IMG/VR virus record: IMGVR_UViG_3300013013_000010
DNA length: 64,000 bases
From: a virus
Direction: 5' to 3' (one strand)
The notes under the pieces were generated by a model that saw only the letters and a program-made list of their open reading frames with translations, did no database searches and was not told the origin of the DNA. Within the stretch, counting starts at the first letter, position 1. Each line of letters starts with the position of its first letter. Below are positions 8,796 through 16,618 of this stretch, piece by piece. The position numbers and the translations under genes were made by a program.

Positions 8796-9079
8796 TGCGG
8801 GGTGTGCTCCTTGTCGTCCCTAGGGACAGCGGCGTGGCGGATGGGGCGGTGCAGGCGGTGGGGGCGGTGCGGTCGGGGCGGGGTGCCGGGGGTGGCGGTC
8901 TCGGCCCAGTCGATGGCGGGGACGGGCACCGGGGTGTAGTCCAGGGCGCGGCCCAACAGGCCCAGCGCCTCCTCCAACGTGGTCGCGGCGGCCCACATGG
9001 GCTCGGGCCAGGTGACCGAGGCGGTCCACAGCGGCGGGTAGGTCGGCGACCAGGACACCGAGACGTCCAGGTGGCTCAT
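8792..9079 (-). CDS. Hypothetical protein, weakly HicB-like
   Basis: VTWPEPMWAAATTLEEALGLLGRAL resembles the HicB T.EEAL helix. Confidence 0.45.
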   Translation of the reverse strand: MSHLDVSVSWSPTYPPLWTASVTWPEPMWAAATTLEEALGLLGRALDYTPVPVPAIDWAETATPGTPPRPHRPHRLHRPIRHAAVPRDDKEHTPQ

Positions 9080-10815
9080 GCGGGCACCGGCTCGGTCAGC
9101 TCGCGGACCCAGCGGCCGTCGAAGTCCAGCGCGTCGGTCCACCAGCGCGGCAGCAGCCGCCGGGACTTGCGCCAGACGTTGGACGCGAACTGCTCGTCCA
9201 GCAGGTAGGTGACGCAGGAATCCCCCGCCGAGCGCATCCCCCGGCCGGTCATCTGCACCAGGGTCCGCACGGTGTTGGTGCGGTACCAAAGGTCCCCGCC
9301 GGGTGAGTACAGCCTGGCGTTGACCTGCTTGTCGCCGAGGTTGGGGAACGGGACCTTGACCACCACCTGGACGCGGCACAGCTCGCCGGGCAGGTCGATG
9401 CCGCGGTCAAGGGAGGGGGCGACCATGACCGCGCCGGGCGTGGCGCGGTACAGCCGCAGCGCGTCGTCGCGCTCGGACGCCGCGGAGTAGGTGACCAGCC
9501 GGGCACCGTGCCCGGCGGCCTGCAGCGCGCCGACCAGGTACTCGGTGAGCGCGTAGGACACCGAGTGGACCAGGACCCGCTCGCCGGGGTGCCAGCCGAC
9601 GATGCGCGCGACCGCGGCGGCCACCTTCGGCCACGCCTCGGCCTCGTTCTTGCGGGTCATCGACGCGATCGGCGCGACGCGGACGGGGCGGCGGTCGGGG
9701 GGGAAGGTGGAGCCCATCGCAACGCAGGCCCAGGCCGAGGCGGGGATGCCCAGCGACTCACACATGGCCGTGGGCTCGATCAGGGTGGCGGACATGAGCA
9801 GCCAGCGGTCGGCGTGGCGGAAGGCCAGGGCCGGGCCGAAGCGGTCCACGCGCACGGGGCGGAAGACGATGTGGTCGCGCTGGTAGCCGTCGTAGACCCA
9901 GCGCACGTCGGGGGCGTCAAGCTCGCGGGCCAGCCGCAGCAGGCGGCGCAGGAGGCGCTCGGTGGCGGTGCGCTCGCGCAGGATCTCCACGTCGTCGGGG
10001 TCGTCGGCCAGCCGGGCCAGGTACGCGCGGGTGCGCGGCAGCGCCTGGTCTGCGACCCAGGAGCGCCAGGACTCCTCCACGGTCTTGCGGTCCGGGGCGG
10101 CCAGGCCCATGCGCCTGGCCCGCGACGGGGAGATCGACACCTCCACGGCGCCCATGAGCGTGGACTCGAAGGTGTCGGCCTCGTCCACGATGCAAAACGG
10201 CCGTCCGGCGAAGCCGCCGGGCCCGTTGCACTCCGACAGGTAGTAGGCGGTGTTGGTGCAGGCCACCGGCGCGGCGATCGCTGAGCGCTTGGCGCCCTGG
10301 TAGGGACAGGTGGTCCGCGACTCACACCACGGGCACGAGCCGTTGGGCCCGGCGGCCATGCAGTCGGCGCAGGTGACCGGCCGGAAGCGGTCGGCGAAGC
10401 GCTCGGGGTACAGCTCGGTGGGGTAGTTCGCGCGGCCCTTGAGCACCGCGGCGTAGCCGAAGTCGGCGGCGAACTGGTCCTGCAGGCTCTTGGTCGAGCA
10501 CACGTACATGCCGCGCACGCCCAGCAGCCGCCGCACGGTCTCACCGATCACGGTCTTGCCGCTGCCGGTGGGCGCGTCCAGCAGCACCACGCGCGCTCCG
10601 GCGTGGAAGGCGCCGACCACCGCGGTGATGGCGTCCCACTGGTCGTCGCGGAAGGCGGTCAGCCAGGCGGGCAGTCGGGGCAGGCCCAGCAGCGAGGAGG
10701 CCGCGGGCGGCGGGTCGTCGGGCAGCTCGACGGCGCGCAGGGGGGGCAGGGGCCGGGTGAACGCGCCGGGCGGGGTCACGGCCGCGGGGGCACGGGCGGG
10801 AGCGGACACATGCAC
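9076..10815 (-). CDS. DinG/XPD-family SF2 helicase with Cys cluster
   Basis: DAPTGSGKT; DEAD box; C..C..C..C cluster; GIDLP; VKVPFP; QMTGRGMRS..D helicase C2 motifs. Confidence 0.9.
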   Translation of the reverse strand: MHVSAPARAPAAVTPPGAFTRPLPPLRAVELPDDPPPAASSLLGLPRLPAWLTAFRDDQWDAITAVVGAFHAGARVVLLDAPTGSGKTVIGETVRRLLGVRGMYVCSTKSLQDQFAADFGYAAVLKGRANYPTELYPERFADRFRPVTCADCMAAGPNGSCPWCESRTTCPYQGAKRSAIAAPVACTNTAYYLSECNGPGGFAGRPFCIVDEADTFESTLMGAVEVSISPSRARRMGLAAPDRKTVEESWRSWVADQALPRTRAYLARLADDPDDVEILRERTATERLLRRLLRLARELDAPDVRWVYDGYQRDHIVFRPVRVDRFGPALAFRHADRWLLMSATLIEPTAMCESLGIPASAWACVAMGSTFPPDRRPVRVAPIASMTRKNEAEAWPKVAAAVARIVGWHPGERVLVHSVSYALTEYLVGALQAAGHGARLVTYSAASERDDALRLYRATPGAVMVAPSLDRGIDLPGELCRVQVVVKVPFPNLGDKQVNARLYSPGGDLWYRTNTVRTLVQMTGRGMRSAGDSCVTYLLDEQFASNVWRKSRRLLPRWWTDALDFDGRWVRELTEPVPA

Positions 10816-10845
10816 TCCGTGTAATCGGTTCGTTACTGTCCGTGC

Positions 10846-10874
10846 ACTGTATGCCGGTATGTCCGCTTCGTCAA
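10846..10874 (-). promoter_or_regulatory. Sigma70/HrdB-type promoter for the helicase operon
   Basis: Minus strand TTGACG-N17-TACAGT; the -35 overlaps the stop codon of the upstream gene. Confidence 0.7.
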
Positions 10875-11422
10875 GGCTCGGGGGTTTCCAATGTCCGGGC
10901 GGACTCGTCCAGGGAGGCGGCCAGAGCGATGGCGATCGCGGCGTAGGGCTCGCGCACGCTGGCGCCCCACTCGCGCAGGGTGGCCACGATGTGGTGGACC
11001 CCGATCACGTCGCCGCGCTCCAGCAGGTGGCTGGCGGTGTCGCGGGCGTGGGACAGGACCTTGTCGTACAGCTCGGTGGAGCGCCGGGCGTCGATGATGA
11101 GCTGCTGGACGTGCAGGCCGCGGATGGTGGCCAGGATGCGCTCGCGCTCGACGGGGTCGGGGTGGTGCTCGGCGATCCAGGCCAGGCGGTGGACCAGGGC
11201 GTCGCGCAGGACGTCGGCGGCGGTCTGGTAGGCCGGGTGGGAGGGGTTCTCCACCAGGGCCTGGACCTTGGCGGCGATGTCGGGGGGGACCTGTGCCCGC
11301 AGCATCGCCCCGTGGCCCTGGGCGTCCACCCCGGCGGTGTAGTAGGTCTCCAGGGAGTAGCCGGAGTTCGCCGCCTTCCACAGGGCGATGACGTTGTCCC
11401 GTGACGGCGAGGGGTCGGGCAT
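10871..11422 (-). CDS. Hypothetical protein with possible ribbon-helix-helix-like segment
   Basis: LRAQVPPDIAAKVQALVE...YQTAADVLRDALVH resembles RHH proteins. Confidence 0.65.
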   Translation of the reverse strand: MPDPSPSRDNVIALWKAANSGYSLETYYTAGVDAQGHGAMLRAQVPPDIAAKVQALVENPSHPAYQTAADVLRDALVHRLAWIAEHHPDPVERERILATIRGLHVQQLIIDARRSTELYDKVLSHARDTASHLLERGDVIGVHHIVATLREWGASVREPYAAIAIALAASLDESARTLETPEP

Positions 11423-11781
11423 CGGCGCGCTCCGCGGACTCGGGTGACGGGACCACGCATCGTAGTAGCTGGACTACTCCCCGTCGGGGATGAGCCGGGC
11501 ATCCCCCGCGACCCGGGTACAGGTTCCCGGCAATCCCGGCACCGACCTGCTACCCTCCGCGCGCGCGCGATTCGTGCATCATTATTATTTTTTGGAGCAG
11601 GACGAGGAGGAGCAGGAGCGGTCGGGGAGACTGGAGCGTGGTCGTCGTCGTCGTCGTCCGCAAGGAAGAAAAAACGCGGACGAATGAGTTCTACTTATAG
11701 GCTTGCGGTCGCCGGAAGGAAATGCGTAGAGTGACGCCACCGTCACTGTGCGCAAGGAGCGTGGCCGTGAGTGCCCACCCG

Positions 11782-12321
11782 ATGATCCGCGACCTGCCCT
11801 GCCCGACCTGCGGGTCGATGTGGTTCACCTTCGACCCGGACTCCGGCTGCACCCGCTGCGCCGGGCAGTCCGCCGCCGCCGCTGGCAGCACCCCGCGTCG
11901 GCGTGGGCGCCCGCGCTCGGCTGACCCGCTGGTCACCCGCCAGGGCAAGCTGTACCGCATGCGCTCCGACGGCGCGCACGGCCCGGCCACGCTGCTGGCC
12001 CTGACCCGCGCGCAGGAGGGCCGCTGCGCGGTCTGCGCGGAGGCCAAGCCGCTGGAGATCGACTGGGACCCCGACAGCGAGCGGGTGCTGGCCGGGGTCT
12101 GCGCGGGCTGCCGCAACATGCTCGGCACCGTCGGGCGCGACGTCACCCTGATCGCCCAGCGCCTGGCCTACTTCCGCGCCCGGCGGCAACCGGCGCGGGC
12201 GGCCCGCTGGACGGCGATCCTGCGCTACGTGGTGGACAGCCGCCGGGCGCTGGCACGCGAGGCGGAGGGGGGCCGCGGCGGCGCGGTGGCCCTGGTCCCC
12301 GACACGCAGCCGCCCGGGTAG
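11782..12321 (+). CDS. Zn-ribbon plus degenerate endonuclease VII-like protein
   Basis: CPTC..C..C ribbon; QEGRCAVC...LEIDWDP...LAGVCAGCRNMLG matches the EndoVII layout but lacks DHDH and the catalytic Asn; an upstream GTG at 11722 is also possible. Confidence 0.7.
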   Translation: MIRDLPCPTCGSMWFTFDPDSGCTRCAGQSAAAAGSTPRRRGRPRSADPLVTRQGKLYRMRSDGAHGPATLLALTRAQEGRCAVCAEAKPLEIDWDPDSERVLAGVCAGCRNMLGTVGRDVTLIAQRLAYFRARRQPARAARWTAILRYVVDSRRALAREAEGGRGGAVALVPDTQPPG

Positions 12322-12396
12322 CCACCAGCGGATGCGGCGGGCTGGCATCGGCCCGCAGGCGGCCCTGCAGCGCGTTTGCCCAGGTCGCGGGTGCCG

Positions 12397-13272
12397 TCAG
12401 ACCATGAGGCGCAGGTAGGCGGCCTTGAGGTGGCGGGCGGCGGCCCCCACGATCGGGTCCAGCAGCGTGCGCTCGGCCGCGGGGACGCGCAGCGCGGCCG
12501 GGTCGGGGCGGCGGTGGTGCTGGAGCCAGTCGCCGGTGGCCAGCAGGTACTCCAGGCGGCTGGCGCCGCGGCCGTCCAGCGGGTCCAGGTGGCGGCGCAG
12601 GGCCGCGGCGTCGCGGGCGGGGACCGCGCCGAGGACGTCGGCGACGGTGCCCGGGCGGGAGGCCAGTGAGGCGAGCTGGTCGTCGAAGCGGTCGCGGTAG
12701 CGCAGCAGCGACTGGGTCGCCCCGGCCGCGGTGTCCCGCCAGTCCGCCGCACCGACCCGGTCCAGTCGCTGGCGGCCGGTCAGCTTGCCGAAGCCGGACA
12801 GCTCGCACAGCACCGTGGCGGCGGGCCAGGCCACCGACACCAGCCGCAGGGTCGGCGCGGCCACGCCGGAGTGGTGGTGGGTGAGCAGCAGGTAGGCGGC
12901 CAGGCCGCCGCTGGGGCGGTCGGCCAGCTCCACCACGGCCCAGACCATCCGCCCGCCGCTGGCCTCCCCGACCGCGTCCAGGCGGCCGCTGGCCTGGTCG
13001 GCGACGGCGTAGGCCAAGGTGAGCACGTCGCTGTTGGCCATGAGCTGGTGCTCGGTGCCGACCACGCCCAGGGTCAGCCCGCCGGAGCCCATCCGCACCA
13101 CCGCCCGGCGGTCGGGGACCTCCACGAACAGCGCGCCGTCGTCGAGGGTGTAGACGGGCCGCAGCTCCACCTCCCAGGCCAGCCAGGCGCGAGCCAGGAC
13201 GTCGCCGGGGGCCAGCTCGTCGTCGACCACGAACCCGGCGACGTGCCAGGGCAGCAGGCCAGGTGGGTTCAT
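12397..13272 (-). CDS. DUF932 (phage/plasmid LGT, TIGR03299-like) protein
   Basis: PWH..G.V....AWEVE.RP...VP...AVVR...LGVVG......N...GGR.VW; GGAGG RBS; ATG at 13272. Confidence 0.75.
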   Translation of the reverse strand: MNPPGLLPWHVAGFVVDDELAPGDVLARAWLAWEVELRPVYTLDDGALFVEVPDRRAVVRMGSGGLTLGVVGTEHQLMANSDVLTLAYAVADQASGRLDAVGEASGGRMVWAVVELADRPSGGLAAYLLLTHHHSGVAAPTLRLVSVAWPAATVLCELSGFGKLTGRQRLDRVGAADWRDTAAGATQSLLRYRDRFDDQLASLASRPGTVADVLGAVPARDAAALRRHLDPLDGRGASRLEYLLATGDWLQHHRRPDPAALRVPAAERTLLDPIVGAAARHLKAAYLRLMV

Positions 13273-13304
13273 CGGGGGTGGTTCCTCCTGCGAATGACAG
13301 AGGC

Positions 13305-13335
13305 GGGCGTGGCTGGGCGTGGCTTGGGCGTGGCT
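13305..13335. repeat. Three copies of GGGCGTGGCT (GGC-NN pentamer rhythm)
   Basis: Copies at 13305-14, 13315-24 and 13326-35. Confidence 0.9.
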
Positions 13336-13360
13336 GGGCCCATCGCGGTGGGGCTGTAAG

Positions 13361-13436
13361 GGTGCGCGACGGGAATCGAACCCGCGCTCTGTCGGGGAGT
13401 AAAAGTCCCCCGCCTCTGCCACTGGGCTACGCGCAC
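13361..13436 (-). tRNA. tRNA-like RNA, anticodon UUU (Lys), His-like G-1:C73 acceptor end
   Basis: GTGCGCG/CGCGCAC acceptor; GCC/GGC D stem; GGGGA-CTTTTAC-TCCCC; GCGGG-TTCGATT-CCCGT; no encoded CCA. Confidence 0.75.
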
Positions 13437-13459
13437 CATGGGGGTTTTGCTTACTTGCG

Positions 13460-13536
13460 TGGACCGGACGGGAATCGAACCCGCGCTCTGTCGCGTAGTT
13501 GCGCTACGCCGCCTCTGCCAATTGGGCTACCGGCCC
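13460..13536 (-). tRNA. tRNA-like RNA, anticodon GCA (Cys), Ala-like G3:U70/A73 acceptor, atypical C33
   Basis: GGGCCGG/CCGGTCC-A; GCGTA-GCGCAAC-TACGC; D and T arms shared with neighbours. Confidence 0.7.
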
Positions 13537-13561
13537 TTGCTGCTAACCGTCGTGCCTCTCG

Positions 13562-13637
13562 TGGCCCGTACGGGGATCGAACCCGCCCTCTGTCGTCGGC
13601 CCTAAACCAACCGCCTCTACCACTGGGCTAACGGGCC
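13562..13637 (-). tRNA. tRNA-like RNA, anticodon UAG (Leu), no long variable arm
   Basis: GGCCCGT/ACGGGCC-A; GTTGG-TTTAGGG-CCGAC; GCGGG-TTCGATC-CCCGT. Confidence 0.75.
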
Positions 13638-13648
13638 ATCCCATCGCG

Positions 13649-13724
13649 TGGACCCGACGGGAATCGAACCCGCGCTCTGTCCCCGGCGCACAACCGGGCG
13701 CCTCTACCACTGGGCTACGGGCCC
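13649..13724 (-). tRNA. tRNA-like RNA, anticodon GUG (His), Ala-like G3:U70/A73 acceptor, atypical C37
   Basis: GGGCCCG/CGGGTCC-A; CCCGG-TTGTGCG-CCGGG; shared D, variable and T regions. Confidence 0.7.
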
Positions 13725-13731
13725 TTGGGTG

Positions 13732-14271
13732 TCAGCGTTCCTCCACTTCCTCGTCCGGCTCGTCCCAGCCGTGGTAGGGGCACTGGGGGTCGATCAGGAC
13801 CAAGCCGTCGGCCCGCGGCATCCGCTCGGGGCACACGCAGCCGTGGCGCTTGGCGCCGACCTCGCCGGGGCCGTAGCGCTCGACGAGCACCATCTGGATC
13901 TGCGGCCGGGCCTGGAGTTCGGCCAGGTACCACGGCGCCAGCCGGACCTTGCCGCCGTCGCGCTCGAAGCCGTCCTTGCGCAACGCTCTCATGGCCATGC
14001 GCCGGGCGCCCTTGGCGGCCAGGTCCTCCACCGACGCCGCGCGCGACCGCGGGGGGACCTCCTCGCGGGTCCTGCCGGGGTTGTCGCGCAGCCAGTTCTC
14101 CGCCCGCATCTGCTCTTGCAGGCGGAACGCCCTGCCCGCGGGCACCACACGCGCGGCCTCGCGCGCGACGGTCTCCATGTCGTGCCACTGCCCGTCGGCC
14201 AGCAGCTCCTCGGCCCGGCGGCGCCACGGGGTCTTGCGGCGGTCGGCCGACTCGCGCAACCTCGTGCTCAC
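13732..14271 (-). CDS. Hypothetical protein with C-terminal C.C...CP.H motif
   Basis: GTG start overlaps the ParB-like stop; basic helical N-terminus. Confidence 0.65.
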   Translation of the reverse strand: MSTRLRESADRRKTPWRRRAEELLADGQWHDMETVAREAARVVPAGRAFRLQEQMRAENWLRDNPGRTREEVPPRSRAASVEDLAAKGARRMAMRALRKDGFERDGGKVRLAPWYLAELQARPQIQMVLVERYGPGEVGAKRHGCVCPERMPRADGLVLIDPQCPYHGWDEPDEEVEER

Positions 14272-15260
14272 CGGCGCAGCTCCGCGGCCAGCGCCAGCAG
14301 CGTGTCGGCGGCGGACTGCGCCGCGTCGGCCATGTCCCGGCGCGTCTCCGGCGTGGTCGCGGCCTTGAGCGCGGCCACGTCCACCGCCTTGATCCCGCCG
14401 ATGATCCCGCCGAAGCGCGCGCGCGGGTTCATCGTCCGCTTGCCCATCTTCCCGCCGCCGCTGGCCTGGATGCGGTCGCGGTGGCGGCGGCGGTGGTCGT
14501 TGACCACGTCCATCTGGGTCTGCTCGGTGCGCTTGCGGGAGATCTCGTTGACCAGCTCGTTGACCATCTCGGTGGTGAGCCGGGCGTCGTCGGCCAGCAG
14601 CACCGCAACCTGGAACACGGTGTCGTTGTGGATGGTCAGCAGCCGCTTGCGCACCGCGTGGGGCAGGCGGTCCCACTCCACCACGATGCCGATCTGCTCG
14701 GCGCGGCGGTTGCCCTCAAGCTTGAGCTGCTCGGCGCGGACCTTGCTGGTGCTCAGCCCCGTCGCCGTCGCCGCGCCCTCCACCGTGGACCCGGCGGCGA
14801 GCAGCTCCATGGCGTGCAGCAGCCGCTCGGACTCGGCGAGCGGACGGCCGTGCTTGGTGTTCAGCTCGATCTGGAGAACGCGATAGATGCGATCGTCCTC
14901 GGCGGCGATCACATAACCGCGGATGGTGGAAAGCCCCGCCACCCGGTGGGCGACCATGCGATGGTTGCCGTCGATGACCACGTTCTTCTTGCGCGACAGC
15001 GCCCGGACCACGATCGGCGGGAACACGTCACCGCGCTTGAGTGCGGCGACATAGGTCTCCACCGTCTCGGCGGAGAACGGCTCCAGGCGCGTCTGATTGT
15101 TCAGTGACGCCTTCTCGTCGATCTGCGCGAGCGGCAGCCGGTCGACGTAGATGTAGTCCACCGCGTACTTGTCGAACAGGGCCTCAAGCTGCGCGCGGGC
15201 CCCCTGGACCTCCGGCGGACCCTCTTCTGCGGCGTCATCCCGCAGCGCCACAGCGTTCAT
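14268..15260 (-). CDS. ParB/sulfiredoxin-like N-terminal domain protein with HTH
   Basis: FPPIVV...VIDGNHR..A; N..HGRPL...ER; following helical HTH-like region. Confidence 0.8.
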   Translation of the reverse strand: MNAVALRDDAAEEGPPEVQGARAQLEALFDKYAVDYIYVDRLPLAQIDEKASLNNQTRLEPFSAETVETYVAALKRGDVFPPIVVRALSRKKNVVIDGNHRMVAHRVAGLSTIRGYVIAAEDDRIYRVLQIELNTKHGRPLAESERLLHAMELLAAGSTVEGAATATGLSTSKVRAEQLKLEGNRRAEQIGIVVEWDRLPHAVRKRLLTIHNDTVFQVAVLLADDARLTTEMVNELVNEISRKRTEQTQMDVVNDHRRRHRDRIQASGGGKMGKRTMNPRARFGGIIGGIKAVDVAALKAATTPETRRDMADAAQSAADTLLALAAELRR

Positions 15261-16252
15261 TCGTCATCCCCTTGTGCGTAGATCTGCGCCAGCAGCGAAC
15301 CCGCCCGCTTGCGCCGATTGGCCTCGCGCTCGGCCGCCAGCGCCTCGGCGACGGCGGCGTCGATGCGCGCTTGCACCTGCTCTTCGTCCACCCCGCCGGA
15401 CGCCTGGACCGCGGCGGCGGCGACGCGCTTGGCCTTGTTGACCTCGCCCTCGGCCACGGCCAGGTCGTGGCGCAGCCGGTTGACCTCAGCCGCCAGCTCC
15501 TGCTGCTTGACCCGGAGCTGGGCGTTCTCCCGCTCGACCTCCACGCGCCGGGCCCGCTCGGCGTCGCGCTGGACGACCCGGTCGTTGACCTCGCCGCGCG
15601 CCCGCTCGCGCTCGGCCAGCAGCTCGGCCACCCGCGCCCGCAGCCCCGCCACCACCTGCCCCTGCCCCGCCAGGCCCTCCAGCGCCTCGACCGCCGCCGC
15701 CGCGTCGACCAGCACCTCCGACCATCGCTTGCCGCCGCGCTGGGGGATCGACGGCGGCGGCGGTACCGCCAGCACCGCCGTGGTGTCGCTGGCCGGGTCC
15801 GCCTGCTCGGCGGGCACCTCCGGCGCCAGACCGAACTCCGGCATCGGCACGGCCGCCTCCACCGCCGCCCGGGTCACCACCTGCAGCGGGCTGTGCAGCG
15901 AGGACACCGCCACCCCGTGCCTGCGGGCGAAGTCGCGCAGCCCGCGGATCGCCGCGCGCGGGTTCTCCTTGCCGCGGGGCACCAGGTGGCGGCCGCCGTC
16001 GGGGCCGATGACGGCCAGGTGGCCCGACGCGGCGTCGGGCTCCAGGGTGAAGCCGGGGGCGTCCAGGGCCAGCGCCTTGACCGCCTTGCGCACGTCGGGG
16101 TGGCGGATGGTGTCGCACAGCTCGCGCACCGCCTCCCGCTGCGCCTTGGTCGTGGAGTGCCCGGTGCGGGCGGTGTCGGCGGGCGGGACGGTGAGGTCGG
16201 CCACGCTGGTCATCCTTGGTCGGTTCTCCTCGTATCCATCACGCAGCGCCAC
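15257..16252 (-). CDS. HicA-like N-terminal domain plus long coiled coil
   Basis: GFTLE....SGHL....PDG...LVP....PR; C-terminal heptad repeats; HicA similarity is weak. Confidence 0.6.
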   Translation of the reverse strand: MALRDGYEENRPRMTSVADLTVPPADTARTGHSTTKAQREAVRELCDTIRHPDVRKAVKALALDAPGFTLEPDAASGHLAVIGPDGGRHLVPRGKENPRAAIRGLRDFARRHGVAVSSLHSPLQVVTRAAVEAAVPMPEFGLAPEVPAEQADPASDTTAVLAVPPPPSIPQRGGKRWSEVLVDAAAAVEALEGLAGQGQVVAGLRARVAELLAERERARGEVNDRVVQRDAERARRVEVERENAQLRVKQQELAAEVNRLRHDLAVAEGEVNKAKRVAAAAVQASGGVDEEQVQARIDAAVAEALAAEREANRRKRAGSLLAQIYAQGDDE

Positions 16253-16270
16253 CTCTCAACTACGAACACT

Positions 16271-16618
16271 TTACTCAAGCTCGCATGAAGTGGCGCGATG
16301 GAAGATGGCTGGATGCCCGTTCAGCTCAACCGTCAGCACCTCGCCGCCGCGGCCGAGCACGATGCGCGCGTGGTCGCCGACCTTGACCGCGTGGTCGTGC
16401 TCGGTCCACACCCGCGCGGTGGCCTCGCCGGTGCGCAGCACCGCCTCCCACCACTGGCCGTTGTCGGACAGGAAGACCTCGGCGACCCTGACGTCGGCGT
16501 AGCGGCCCTCGGCCAGCGCCTCGGCGCGCTCCACGGCCAGCTCCGCGGCCAGCTCCGCGGCCAACTCGGCGTCGGCATCGGCATCGGCGTCGGCCTGCTG
16601 CTCAGGCGTGAAGGGCAT
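16271..16618 (-). CDS. Hypothetical protein
   Basis: Fits the operon; beta-rich C-terminus. Confidence 0.55.
   Translation of the reverse strand: MPFTPEQQADADADADAELAAELAAELAVERAEALAEGRYADVRVAEVFLSDNGQWWEAVLRTGEATARVWTEHDHAVKVGDHARIVLGRGGEVLTVELNGHPAIFHRATSCELE

Noticed and set aside
11444-11734. Short plus-strand ORFs 11444-11734 and 11490-11687
   Set aside because: Low-complexity translations of a compositionally skewed intergenic region; no RBS or motif
13361-13724. CRISPR array interpretation of the four repeated units
   Set aside because: Constant and variable parts interleave within cloverleaf stems, and the variable parts base-pair internally; no cas1/cas2 present
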